DNA of 64,000 bases from positions 144,949 through 208,948 of the forward strand of contig CAVWHO010000017.1 of NCBI GenBank assembly GCA_963754875.1. Direction: 5' to 3'. The translations under genes and the position numbers were made by a program. Shown piece by piece: positions 46,016-56,408 of this stretch. Every line of letters begins with the position of its first letter. Positions within the stretch are counted from its first letter, which is position 1. The stretch is from Nitrospirota bacterium (GTDB lineage: Bacteria > Nitrospirota > UBA9217). The notes beneath the pieces are model-generated. The model did no database searches. It was not told the DNA's origin and saw only the letters and a program-made list of their open reading frames with translations.

Positions 46016-46723
46016 GTGCGGACCAAATATTCCGAGGTGGCCCAGTCGGCCTCCGGGAAATTCTCCTACCCCACGGGCCGGGAGGGCGCATGTGCGCTCG
46101 GCTATGATCCCGCACTCATCGACGCCGCCCTTCCCAGCCTGCTCGAATCCTTCTGCGGTGTGGGCAATCCCTTTTCCCTGTTCCCGATCCAGCCCGGATC
46201 GGTCATCCTCGATGTCGGATGCGGCGCGGGTTTCGATCTCTCCGTCGCGGCGCGGCTGACCGGTCCCGAAGGCATGGTGCACGGGGTCGATCTGACCGAG
46301 GCCATGGCGGCACGGGCGCGTGAGAACCTTCACAAGGCAGGCATTGCGAATGTCCGCGTGCAGCAGGTGGGGTCGGAGAGCCTGCCGTTTAAAGACAACA
46401 CCTTTGATGCGGTCATTTCGAACGGCGTGATCAATCTCTCGCCTGACAAAGAGACCCTGTTCTGCGAGATCAACCGGGTGCTGAAACCGGGGGGCTGGTT
46501 CGGCTTCGCCGATGTGGTGCTGGAGAAGGAACTGCCCCAGGGCATGGCAGGCAGTGCCGAAGCGTGGTCGCAATGAATCGGCGGCGCGGTCCCGGTCGGG
46601 GACCATCTCCTGGCGCTCCGGCGGGCGGGCTTTGCAGACATCCTGTTCACCGGCATGACGGGTTTCCGAACTTCTCCCTACACCGAAGGCGCGCTCTTCA
46701 GAGCCAGGAAGAAAGCGGCGTGA
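46016..46723 (+). CDS. arsM: ArsM/UbiE-type SAM-dependent methyltransferase, candidate selenoprotein: in-frame TGA (46574-46576) at the conserved Cys position. Possible 5' extension to ATG 45899 through another in-frame TGA.
   Basis: ILDVGCGAGFD, VHGVDLTEAM, VISNGVINLSPDK, LKPGGWFGFADVVLEKELP, then AEAWSQ-TGA-IGGAVPVGDHLLALRRAGFADILFTG continues in the same frame to TGA 46721-46723. Confidence 0.65.
46577..46604 (+). promoter_or_regulatory. candidate bacterial SECIS element: 11-nt spacer after UGA, then hairpin GGUCCC-GGUC(G)-GGGACC
   Basis: Spacer AUCGGCGGCGC (11 nt), then 6-bp stem with GGUC-containing apical loop at 46588..46604. Spacing and loop resemble the E. coli fdhF SECIS. Confidence 0.5.
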
Positions 46724-46992
46724 TACAGGAGCGACGGGCGGAGCAACTGACTCTCTTCTTTGATCTTTCCCGCATTTGAATCTATCAATGGTCGAGAAGT
46801 GCCTCCGGTCCTCCTCTCGTCTTCCTGAACCCCATTCGGACAAGCCGGAACCAACGGCAGAAAACAAAAGCATCTCACGCAAAGCCGGACCCTGCCCCGG
46901 CATTTCTTTGCGTGCTTGGCGTCTTTGGGCGAAAATTTTTTTCAGTTTTGGGTAGAATTTTACTTATACGTCCCTGATTCCCGGAGCGATAG

Positions 46993-48312
46993 ATGCGCGA
47001 CGCGATAGCCCTGACCGCGAACATGGACAAACGCCGGAGACATCCCCCCGGATTATACGTCCTCTTTTTTACGGAAATGTGGGAGAGGTTTTCCTACTAC
47101 GGGATGCGATCGTTGCTGGTCTACTATATGATCAAGCACCTGCAGTTCACGCAGGAACGGTCGTCCCAAATTTACGGGCTCTATACCGGGTTCGTCTACT
47201 TCACGCCGCTCTTCGGCGGCATGCTTGCGGACCGGATCCTGGGTCAGCGCCGGACGGTCATCGTGGGCGGAGTGCTCATGGCCATCGGACATTTCCTGAT
47301 GGCCTTTGAGAGCGCGTTCATCCCGGCGCTCCTGTTCCTGATCCTCGGAAACGGCGCCTTCAAACCGAATATCTCAACGCAGGTTGGGGCGCTTTACCCT
47401 GCGGGCGACCATCGCCGCGACCGAGCGTTCAGCCTTTTCTACATGGGCATCAATCTCGGTGCGTTCTTTTCACCGCTCGTGTGCGGGACCCTCGGCGAAA
47501 AAATCGGGTTCTCCTGGGGTTTTGCGGCAGCCGGCGTCGGCATGATCATCGGGCTTCTCGTTTATCTTTGGGGCCAGAAACACCTTGCCCCGGATCTGAT
47601 CATGCAGAAGAAGGGACCCGAACAGCAGAAGTCTTCAGAACCTATGACGCGCGAGGACTGGCTGAAGATCGGCGCGATTTTCGTCATGATGGCCCTCTCC
47701 GTCGTTTTCTGGAGCGTTTACGAGCAGCAGGGCAACACGATGGCGCTCTGGGCAGACGCCAATACGGACCGGATGATCTTCGGCTGGGAGATGCCGGCCT
47801 CGTGGTTCCAATCCTTTAATCCGCTCATGATTTTCATTCTCGTGCCGGTGCTGAATATGTTCTGGGCCCGGCAGGACCACCGCAGAAAGGAACCGTCGAG
47901 CATCGCCAAGATGGGAATCGGCTGCATGCTGTTGGCCTCCGCCTTCCTGATCCTGATCCCGCCGGCACGGGAGCTGGCTGTCAATCCGAAGGCCAGCCTC
48001 TGGTGGCTGACCGCATGCACGTTCGTGCTCACGCTCGGCGAAGTCTATCTATCCCCGATTGGCCTCTCGCTGGTGACCAAAATCGCTCCCGCCCGGATCG
48101 TCTCCATGATGATGGGCGTATGGTTCCTCTCGAGCTTTTTCGGCAACTATTTGTCGGGATATCTTGGAACGTTCTGGGAGAAAATGCCAAGGGAGAATTA
48201 CTTCCTGCTCATGTTCGCCCTGTCCTTCTTCGCGGGCCTGGCATTCTTTGCCCTCCTTAAGCCGCTCAAAAAAGCAATCGGACAGGACAAACAGGCAAGA
48301 GCGGACCTGTGA
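46993..48312 (+). CDS. POT-family di/tripeptide:proton symporter
   Basis: FFTEMWERFSYYGMRSLLVYYM PTR2 signature; multi-TM. Confidence 0.85.
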   Translation: MRDAIALTANMDKRRRHPPGLYVLFFTEMWERFSYYGMRSLLVYYMIKHLQFTQERSSQIYGLYTGFVYFTPLFGGMLADRILGQRRTVIVGGVLMAIGHFLMAFESAFIPALLFLILGNGAFKPNISTQVGALYPAGDHRRDRAFSLFYMGINLGAFFSPLVCGTLGEKIGFSWGFAAAGVGMIIGLLVYLWGQKHLAPDLIMQKKGPEQQKSSEPMTREDWLKIGAIFVMMALSVVFWSVYEQQGNTMALWADANTDRMIFGWEMPASWFQSFNPLMIFILVPVLNMFWARQDHRRKEPSSIAKMGIGCMLLASAFLILIPPARELAVNPKASLWWLTACTFVLTLGEVYLSPIGLSLVTKIAPARIVSMMMGVWFLSSFFGNYLSGYLGTFWEKMPRENYFLLMFALSFFAGLAFFALLKPLKKAIGQDKQARADL

Positions 48313-48465
48313 TTCGAAGACCTTTTTTTAAATAGAAGGAATGAGAAGCTTGGATGGGGAAGGGAAGAGAAGAGAAGACGCAGACCGGCTGCACGTCACC
48401 CCGTCTTCGAAAAAAGAAACCGGCAGAACGGATGAACCGTCCTGCCGGTATGAGTAAATGTCGAA

Positions 48466-50154
48466 CTAGGCGTTCACTTCGTTTGTCTCAACGCATTCCG
48501 CCTTGGTCGTGGACCAGCAGTGCCCGAGAATTTCCTTGAGGTCGGCCTCCGGCGTTGACGCGATCGGCTTGATGCTGAAATTCTTTACGAGCACATCGAG
48601 CACGTTCGGCGTGATGAACGCCGGGAGCGACGGCCCGAGCCGGATGTCCTTGATCCCGAGATGGAGCAGCGTGAGCAGGATGGCAACGGCCTTCTGCTCG
48701 TACCAGGAAAGGATGAGCGAGAGAGGCAGATCGTTCACGCCCACATTGAACGCCTTGGACAAGGCAAGGGCGATCTGTACCGCCGAATAAGCGTCGTTGC
48801 ACTGGCCGATGTCCAAAAGCCTCGGGATGCCTCCGATATCTCCCAGTTCCTTATCGAAGAACCGGAACTTACCGCAGGCAAGGGTCAACACCACCGTGTC
48901 CCTGGGGGTCTTTTCCACGAATTCGGTATAGTAGTTTCTGCCGGGCTTCGCGCCGTCGCAGCCGCCTACAAGAAAGAAGTGGCGGATCTTGCCGGCCTTG
49001 ACCGCATCAATCACCTTATCGGCCACGCCGAGCACCGCATTCCGCGCAAACCCTGCGAAGACTTCCTTTCCCGGCACATCTTCCGTGAATCCCGGAAGGG
49101 CAAGCGCCCTGTCGATTGCCGGCGCAAAGTCGCTGTCAGTTATGTGTTTCACATCTGGCCAGCCCACAAGCCCGCAGGTGAATATATTCGCTTTGTACGA
49201 TTCGTGCGGTTTCTGGATGCAGTTCGTGGTCATTACGATTGCACCCGGAAAGTGCGCAAATTCCTTGTGTTGGTTCTGCCAGGCGGTGCCGTAATGCCCG
49301 TAGAAGTGCGAGTACTTCTTCAGGGTCGGATACCCGTGGGCAGGCAGCATTTCCCCATGCGTGTAAATGTTGATTCCCTTGCCCTCGGTCTGCTTCAGGA
49401 TCGTTTCGAGGTCCTTCAGATCATGTCCGGACACCAGAAGGGCTTTGCCCTTTTTCACACCCAGCGGGACCTTGGTCGGGATAGGGTGGCCGTACGTGCC
49501 GGTGTTGCCCGCGTCAAGAAGCTCCATGGCCTTGAGATTGACCTCGCCGCACTTCAGCACAAGACCGACCCAATCGTTCACCCCGAGGTTCGTCCCGGTC
49601 ATGGCAGCCAGGGCCTCGCTCATGAACGCATAGATTGAATCATCGGTTTTGCCGAGGATCTGTGCGTGGTCTGCATACGCGGCAACGCCTTTCAGTCCGA
49701 AAAGCAGAATATCCTGGAGCGATTGAACGTCAGGGTTCACCACCACGTCGGGGACGTGCTCACGGACGACTCGTCCCTGCTTGACGAGGCCCTCGATCGT
49801 GGACTCCGGTTTAAACGATGCGCTTGCGTGGGCAAAATCCGTTTTGCCGTCCGACTGGCGTATTTTTGCGCCGAGCTGCTCGCGAAGTTCCACGCTTTTT
49901 TTGATCAGCTTTTCGAACCGTTTGGGATCGAAGTCGACATTGGTGAGCGTTGAAAAAAGCGCTTTCGCCAAAAAGACGTTAACGTCCCCATCCACGACGC
50001 CGACCTTTCTCCCCTCTACGGCATAGAGCGACAGCCCCTTCAGGGTATAGATCAAAAGGTCCTGTAATGCCGAGACCTCCGGGTCCTTGCCGCATACGCC
50101 GATCCTGGTGCAGCCCTTTCCATTGGCTGCCTGCTCGCATTGATAACAAAACAT
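48466..50154 (-). CDS. hcp: hybrid cluster protein / hydroxylamine reductase
   Basis: MFCYQCEQAANGKGCTRIGVCGK N-terminal cysteine motif; about 563 aa. Start trimmed from the tabulated 50238. Confidence 0.9.
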   Translation of the reverse strand: MFCYQCEQAANGKGCTRIGVCGKDPEVSALQDLLIYTLKGLSLYAVEGRKVGVVDGDVNVFLAKALFSTLTNVDFDPKRFEKLIKKSVELREQLGAKIRQSDGKTDFAHASASFKPESTIEGLVKQGRVVREHVPDVVVNPDVQSLQDILLFGLKGVAAYADHAQILGKTDDSIYAFMSEALAAMTGTNLGVNDWVGLVLKCGEVNLKAMELLDAGNTGTYGHPIPTKVPLGVKKGKALLVSGHDLKDLETILKQTEGKGINIYTHGEMLPAHGYPTLKKYSHFYGHYGTAWQNQHKEFAHFPGAIVMTTNCIQKPHESYKANIFTCGLVGWPDVKHITDSDFAPAIDRALALPGFTEDVPGKEVFAGFARNAVLGVADKVIDAVKAGKIRHFFLVGGCDGAKPGRNYYTEFVEKTPRDTVVLTLACGKFRFFDKELGDIGGIPRLLDIGQCNDAYSAVQIALALSKAFNVGVNDLPLSLILSWYEQKAVAILLTLLHLGIKDIRLGPSLPAFITPNVLDVLVKNFSIKPIASTPEADLKEILGHCWSTTKAECVETNEVNA

Positions 50155-50603
50155 CGTGTGTCCTCCTTGTATGAAAGAAATGCCTGTCGTCGTCACCATT
50201 GACGATGAACCGACTATACATGACTTATAGCAGGACACCTATGACAGAGATCATAAGGGTTACTTTTTTTAGAAATTATTTTTCGGAGAGGAGAGTGTCT
50301 ATCCCGTAAAAATCAATACCTTAATCCGTGGCGGGCCGGTTTGACGATTTTATTTCTTGCACTGGAGGAGGAGGTCCCATGATCCCGAGAGGTGGGCGGC
50401 TCAAGCGATACCCTGAAAATACCCTTCTTTTGTTCTTTATCTTATCGCAAAATTCAATTATAATTCGCTTTAGTATACTTTGGCGCGGTTTATTCTTCCG
50501 GTTTTAGCATTTTCCCGAAAAGGGGTTGCATTGGGAGAAGCAGACGTATAAGGATATGCCCAGGGGACATTTTCGGGCTGATTTAATCCTACCGTGAATC
50601 TAC

Positions 50604-51320
50604 ATGCTTTGGAGGAGCCCCGGCGTGGAACAGGATAAAAGGCGGCATAAGAGATACAAACTGAAATTGGTGGAAGTAAACGGAAAGATGAGCCTGGCCG
50701 ATAAAGTGGAAATCATCGATGTCAGCCTGGGCGGAGTGTCCCTGCGGGTAGATCGTCGACTCAACCCGGGCAGGGAATACCTGCTCAAGCTGGGAGACAA
50801 GACAAAAAGTTTCGATCTGAAGTGCGTCGTGGTACGGTCGGAATTAAGCGGGTTTGAGAAAAAAGTCAACGGCGAACAGACCATGATCTACACGGCAGGG
50901 ATGAGATTCACGGAGAGTTCGTTGGGCCAGATAGAGGGTTTTTTTAAATCGATTGAACTTGTCGAAAAAGGGAACGTGCATTCCGAATCCGATCGCAGGA
51001 TTGATATACGGTTTCAGATCCACACTCCCGGCGAGAAGATATTGAATTACCCCGCCCAGTTCAAATTGAAGGAGATCAGCCTGAGCGGCATCCGGATCGA
51101 AACCGATGTGAACCTTGCCTTGCAAAGCATCATCCCCATGGTGCTCGCTCTTCATGACAATAACTTTGTGCAGTTCAACGGACGGGTTGCCTCAACTCGC
51201 ATGTTTGAAGAACAGGGTGAAACCCGCTACGATATCGGCGTGGAGTTATCGGACATTTCGGAAACGGGGGCCGCGCTGCTCAAATCTTTCATCGACTATC
51301 TGGCAATGTCGGAAAAGTAA
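50604..51320 (+). CDS. tandem PilZ-domain protein (GTG 50625 after GGAGGAG is the more likely start)
   Basis: Two RxxxR...DxSxGG units: RRHKRY...DVSLGGVSL and RRIDIRF...EISLSGIRI. Confidence 0.7.
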   Translation: MLWRSPGVEQDKRRHKRYKLKLVEVNGKMSLADKVEIIDVSLGGVSLRVDRRLNPGREYLLKLGDKTKSFDLKCVVVRSELSGFEKKVNGEQTMIYTAGMRFTESSLGQIEGFFKSIELVEKGNVHSESDRRIDIRFQIHTPGEKILNYPAQFKLKEISLSGIRIETDVNLALQSIIPMVLALHDNNFVQFNGRVASTRMFEEQGETRYDIGVELSDISETGAALLKSFIDYLAMSEK

Positions 51321-51656
51321 GGCGGGACAAAAGAGAAGGACGGTGGCCCGTTGCACGTCCTCGGGCCTTCCAGTCCCGCATGACCCGCCTCCCTCCGCAG
51401 AGATTAGACCAATGCCTTCACGCCGTTAAAGAGGACCCGCTCTCGCTCTGCTCGTCTGAAATGGTGAGGTTACAACGGGCTCTTGGCACGAAGCGCTCAA
51501 CGCACAAAATTCGTTCCATGATTTATTACCTTTGGCAAAGCAATGCGTGAATATGGTAATATATATCCTCCTGAGGCCCAACGACAGTGCCTTTTTGGAA
51601 AATTCTAAAGAAAGACACAACGACCGGGAGGGCCGCCCTTTTATGGTGACGTTTCC

Positions 51657-52358
51657 GTGCTGCGATCATTGAGTACTGTGGGGTCTCAGGACCGTCATCA
51701 CCATCCCGCGCTCCTCCTTGACACCATGCGATCGAACAATCCGAAAAATCGCCGTCTGAAGCGATTGCCGCAACACCGGCACAGCAGCGTGGAGGTCGAC
51801 GTCGAGTCGCTCCGGTCGCTCGAGAACCGCTGCAACGGCTGCGTCAAGGGAGAACGGTGCTGCTGCTCGTCGTACGAGGTCTGCGTTACCACCGCGGAGT
51901 TGAAGAGGATCATCAAGGTCCTGCCCGAGGCCGCCAAGTTCTGCCCCCATCTCCTGGCCGCAGGAGGATACGACAACGTGTTCGAGGAAGAAGAGCCTGG
52001 GCTTTTTTCCATTGACACGACGGAGGACGGCCTCTGCCTCTTTGCCTACTGGTCCCAGCACCGGGTCCATTGCTCCCTGCACACCGTCGCAACGACACTC
52101 GGCCTGCCCCTGGCGCACGTGAAGCCGAAGGTCTGCCTGCTCTGGCCCCTGCACTTTTCAGAAGGCAACGAGGTCCTGGCCGTGATCAACGATGCATTTC
52201 TGTTCAACTGCAATGCCCGGAAAGCGCCGGGTTCGCGCAGTCTGAGCCCCGGCTTTGCCGAGGCGATTGAACTGGTGTACGGCAAAGGCTGCGGGACCCA
52301 GGTGAAGCAGGCGGCAGAGAACGGGGATCGGCGAACGCTGCTGGTCATCCGGCGGTGA
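51657..52358 (+). CDS. Cys-rich protein with CxxCx6CCC motif (YkgJ/UPF0153-like putative Fe-S/zinc-binding domain), tentative
   Basis: CNGCVKGERCCCSSYEVC. Confidence 0.5.
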   Translation: MLRSLSTVGSQDRHHHPALLLDTMRSNNPKNRRLKRLPQHRHSSVEVDVESLRSLENRCNGCVKGERCCCSSYEVCVTTAELKRIIKVLPEAAKFCPHLLAAGGYDNVFEEEEPGLFSIDTTEDGLCLFAYWSQHRVHCSLHTVATTLGLPLAHVKPKVCLLWPLHFSEGNEVLAVINDAFLFNCNARKAPGSRSLSPGFAEAIELVYGKGCGTQVKQAAENGDRRTLLVIRR

Positions 52359-52463
52359 GCAGGCTTGCCACCGGGAAATAAGCCTCACGGGGCCGCGGAG
52401 AAGCACTACGTGCTCTCTCCCGCGGAGTGAAGTCAACAACTTCATTCACGGTAAGGCGGTTCC

Positions 52464-53033
52464 TTGGCAATGATTCAACGCTGCGCGTGGGCGACGGGGG
52501 ATCCTCTCCTGATCGCATATCATGATCAGGAATGGGGCGTGCCCATTCACGAGGACGGAAAACTGTTCGAGTTCCTTATTCTGGAGGGCGTACAGGCCGG
52601 GCTCTCATGGTTGACCGTGCTCAGAAAGCGGGAAAATTATCGCGCAGCTTTCGACGGGTTTGATCCTGCCGTCGTTGCGGGCTACCAGAAAAAGGAAATC
52701 CAACGCCTGCTGATGAATGAAGGCATCATTCGCAACCGCTCAAAGATTGAAGCAGCGATCATCAATGCGAAGGAGTTTCTCGATGTCCAGCATGAGTTCG
52801 GGTCCTTCGATGCATACATCTGGAGGTTTGTCGGCAAGATACCCATAGACCACGGCTTTACGGCACGCACCACGATACCGGCCACAACCGAAGAATCAGG
52901 CGCCATAAGCAGGGATTTGAAAAAACGCGGCTTCAAGTTCGTCGGTCCGACGATATGTTATGCCTTCATGCAGGCAATAGGAATGGTGAACGACCACACG
53001 ACCGACTGTTTCAGGCATAAGAAGGTGCGCTGA
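52464..53033 (+). CDS. tag: DNA-3-methyladenine glycosylase I
   Basis: RCAWATGDPLLIAYHDQEWGVP, zinc-ligand C/H pattern, 189 aa. Confidence 0.85.
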   Translation: MAMIQRCAWATGDPLLIAYHDQEWGVPIHEDGKLFEFLILEGVQAGLSWLTVLRKRENYRAAFDGFDPAVVAGYQKKEIQRLLMNEGIIRNRSKIEAAIINAKEFLDVQHEFGSFDAYIWRFVGKIPIDHGFTARTTIPATTEESGAISRDLKKRGFKFVGPTICYAFMQAIGMVNDHTTDCFRHKKVR

Positions 53034-53104
53034 AGAGGAACCTTCCGGAGAACGATACCCTCGCGAAGGACGATTTATAAAATAAGGCCGAAGACCGGTC
53101 GGAG

Positions 53105-53299
53105 CTAACTCAAAATGCAGGTTGCCTCAACTACCGCGTGGGCTTCTTCCTTGCTCATGCCGTTCGTCTGATAATAGATATAGTCATCAACCATATCGCA
53201 CAGCTCTTTGCGGGGAACATCCGGCTTCAATTCGAGGACTTCCTCTTTAAATAACTTTGCGGCGTCGGCAGCCATTTCTTTCTTCTCTATCCTGTTCAT
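53105..53299 (-). CDS. small acidic hypothetical protein (64 aa)
   Basis: SD GAGGGAGGG before ATG 53299. Confidence 0.45.
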   Translation of the reverse strand: MNRIEKKEMAADAAKLFKEEVLELKPDVPRKELCDMVDDYIYYQTNGMSKEEAHAVVEATCILS

Positions 53300-54112
53300 A
53301 ATGCCCTCCCTCGCGCCCGGAAACCGGCGACGAAATACCGTCGCTTGCGATCTCTGAAGGAAAGAAGTCTATTTTTGTCTTTATTATATCATACTTCCAG
53401 CTCTCTATTTGCCAGCCGACAGGTCTAGAAAACCGTGATTCCCGTGTTGCGACATGTTTACTCTGCACTGAAGGCTTTATGTGCGGAACGAGTTTCCGTC
53501 TGCTTCCAGAATATGAAGCAGGAACCAGTCCTTGAGAGGAGGAAAACGAAAAGGGATAGTGCGGCAGTGAAAAGAAGGCCCTATTCATGAAGCCCGTGTG
53601 TATTTTTATACAGCACCCCGGAGGTTAGATTGGCCCGCCCTTGGAGCAGGCCAAAGGCTGCGCGTCCGGATAAGAGAACTGGCGACTTAGGTATTAGACC
53701 ATAAAAAAGCACTAATTCGATCGGGAAATAATAAGATATACTTAAATTATAAATTAGTTTGCGAGCGCCAAGGCGGTAAACATGGCAGAGACGCTGAAAA
53801 AAGGTAAATGATCGAAATGTGGCCTTGTGGTACAAAGCCATGATGAAAAGGAAATAGTCGAGATTGTTGCGCATCATATAAAAAAAGTGCATAATACGAG
53901 TATCTCTGAAAATGAAACATGCTGCATAACGCTCAAATGACGGCATATGTTGTCTTAAGGGGCTTGGCGATTTCAAGCCCTTTTTTATATTAATGATTCT
54001 CCCTGCATACCCTGTGAGCCAGTGTTCATCGGGGCTGTCATATTCCAGATGCGGGGGATGACGTGAAAGATTTCGGTTGAAAGAGAGGCCGAAACTGCCA
54101 CTGAGGCGCGCG

Positions 54113-56227
54113 ATGAAGAACGTGAATATTAATGTGCTTGCTATCGAAGATAATCCGGACGATGCGGAACTGCTTCGGATGATGCTGGGAAAGGCACGTG
54201 AGCCTTCTTTTACCTTCATCCGGGCGCAACGGTTGTCCGAGGGGCTCCAACTGCTGCGCGAAAGCTCATTCGATATCGTGCTCCTCGATCTGGGACTTCC
54301 CGACAGCGCGGGGATGGACTCGGTCATGGAGATCAGGAAGCAATCCCCCACGATCCCGATCATCCTATTCACCGGGATCGACGACGACGAGATCGCCCTT
54401 AAAGCCCTGCACCTGGACGTGCAGGACTACCTCGCGAAGGGGCAGATCGACCGCAATCTCCTGGTGCGCTCCATACGGTATGCCATCGAGCGAAAACGGG
54501 CCGTCGAAGCGCTCCGGGACAGCGAGGCGCGTTTCCGCCGCCTGAGCGAGAGCGGTATTATCGGTATAGTGTACTTCGATGCCGATGGGCGGATCATCGA
54601 TGGAAACGACAAATTCCTCGCGATGATCGGTTCCAACCGCGAGGAGCTTGCGGCCGGTCGGGTGCGGCGCTGGGTCCGTCTGGTCCCGCCGGAATGGAAG
54701 AGGAGAATGAGGGAAGCTTATAGCGAGTTCAGGGCGACCGACCGCATCACGCCCTACGAAACGGAGTATCTCCGCCGGGATGGGTCGAAATTCTGGGGTC
54801 TCTTCGGCGCGGCGAAACTCGACGGGCAGGCGGACGGCATCGCCTTCATCGTGGACATCACCGAGCGCAAAAGGCTCGAAGAGGAGATCACCCATATGGC
54901 CCATCACGATGTCCTGACGGGCCTGCCGAACAGGCGGCTGTTTATGGAACTGATCCGCTTCGAGATCGCAGAAGCCCGCCGCAATCGGAAAAAAACAGGC
55001 CTCTTGTTCCTCGATCTCGACCGCTTCAAAGAAGTCAACGACACGCTGGGACACGAAGCGGGCGATCAGCTCCTGAGGACGGTGGCGGAGCGCCTCAGGG
55101 CCGCAATCAGGGATTCGGACGCCGTTGCAAGGATCGGCGGGGACGAGTTCAGCATCCTCCTTGCGGGCATCACGCGGCCGGAGGACATCACGGAGATTGC
55201 TCAGAAGATACTGGATGCCTTTCGGGAGAAGTGCGTCCATGCCGGCCACGAGTTCACCATCACGGCCAGCATGGGCATCAGCGTTTATCCCGATGACAGC
55301 GATTCCATTGAATCACTGTTTCGGTATGCGGACATTGCCCTGTATCACGCCAAGAACCGGGGCAGGAATACATTCGAATTCTACGACCCTGACATCAACC
55401 GGCGTTCAGTCGAGCGGCTGAAATTTGAAAACGCCCTTCGCCGGACCGTTCTGCGCCGGGAACTGACGGTTCACTATCAACCGCTGATCGACATCGGGAC
55501 GGGGAGGATCGTCTCGGCCGAGGCGCTGGTGCGCTGGAATCACCCGAAACTGGGCCTGCTTGACGCTAAACGGTTCATACAGACCGCCGAGTCCATCGGG
55601 ATCATCACGACCATCGATGAGTGGGTCTTACGGACCGCCTGCACGCAGCTCAAGACGTTGCTGGACGCGGGGTATGCTCCCTTTTTCATAGCGGCAAACC
55701 TCTCCTCCCGGGTATTTCAGAACCCCGGCTTTGCAGACATGATAACGAGGATCCTCGATGAAACGGGAGTGCCGCCCCATCTCGTTGATATCGAGATTAC
55801 GGAAAGCGTCGCGGTGGTGGATATCGAACGTACGATCGGCCGCCTGCATGAGCTGGCACAAAAGGGAATCCGCATCACCATTGATGACTTCGGCACGGGT
55901 TATGCGTCTTTGAGCTATCTGAAGAAGCTGCCGATTCAAAGGCTCAAAATAGATCAAACGTTCGTTAAGGACATTGCCGTTGATCCGGATGACCGGGCGA
56001 TTGTCGGCGCCGTGACCTCCATGGCCCATCAAATGAAACTATCGGTCGTTGCCGAGGGCGTGGAAACCGCGGAGCAGCTTTCCTGTCTCACCGAAATCCG
56101 GTGCGACGAGGCGCAGGGGTACTTTTTCAACAGACCGCTGCCGCCCGAAGAATTTATCAAATTGATGGCCGAACGAAAGCACCTGAGAGAAACGGCTGCA
56201 CCGAAGTTCACGGCCACCTCTCCTTGA
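54113..56227 (+). CDS. response-regulator receiver-PAS-GGDEF-EAL protein (c-di-GMP turnover)
   Basis: VLAIEDNPDD...LLDLGLPD (REC), RIGGDEFSIL (GGDEF), EALVRW and QGYFF EAL motifs. Confidence 0.9.
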   Translation: MKNVNINVLAIEDNPDDAELLRMMLGKAREPSFTFIRAQRLSEGLQLLRESSFDIVLLDLGLPDSAGMDSVMEIRKQSPTIPIILFTGIDDDEIALKALHLDVQDYLAKGQIDRNLLVRSIRYAIERKRAVEALRDSEARFRRLSESGIIGIVYFDADGRIIDGNDKFLAMIGSNREELAAGRVRRWVRLVPPEWKRRMREAYSEFRATDRITPYETEYLRRDGSKFWGLFGAAKLDGQADGIAFIVDITERKRLEEEITHMAHHDVLTGLPNRRLFMELIRFEIAEARRNRKKTGLLFLDLDRFKEVNDTLGHEAGDQLLRTVAERLRAAIRDSDAVARIGGDEFSILLAGITRPEDITEIAQKILDAFREKCVHAGHEFTITASMGISVYPDDSDSIESLFRYADIALYHAKNRGRNTFEFYDPDINRRSVERLKFENALRRTVLRRELTVHYQPLIDIGTGRIVSAEALVRWNHPKLGLLDAKRFIQTAESIGIITTIDEWVLRTACTQLKTLLDAGYAPFFIAANLSSRVFQNPGFADMITRILDETGVPPHLVDIEITESVAVVDIERTIGRLHELAQKGIRITIDDFGTGYASLSYLKKLPIQRLKIDQTFVKDIAVDPDDRAIVGAVTSMAHQMKLSVVAEGVETAEQLSCLTEIRCDEAQGYFFNRPLPPEEFIKLMAERKHLRETAAPKFTATSP

Positions 56228-56408
56228 CCGCGTCGTACCAGGGAGATCAAGCGTGCAGCCGGAGACTGAACGGAATGAGGGAAGGACCAACCGGAACGGC
56301 CGGCAGATCCGGCGGATTGCTTGGCAGAAATTATTCGAAATGAGCGGTGTCATTCTTCGGAACGTGCAACAAACCTCCCGCAGGTCCTTTTCGTATTCTC
56401 ACGATCCT

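Noticed and set aside
45863-46903. 346-aa minus-strand ORF (Arg/Gly/Pro-rich)
   Set aside because: Antisense to the well-supported ArsM-like gene in 60 % GC DNA. Low-complexity composition and no recognisable domains. Typical GC-driven spurious ORF.
48661-49638. 325-aa plus-strand ORF (and neighbours 48989.., 49367..)
   Set aside because: Antisense to hcp, whose product is strongly conserved. Arg-rich junk.
53581-54372. 263-aa minus-strand ORF
   Set aside because: Covers the AT-rich promoter region and the 5' end of the REC-PAS-GGDEF-EAL gene. Low-complexity Ser/Phe-rich product, no RBS.
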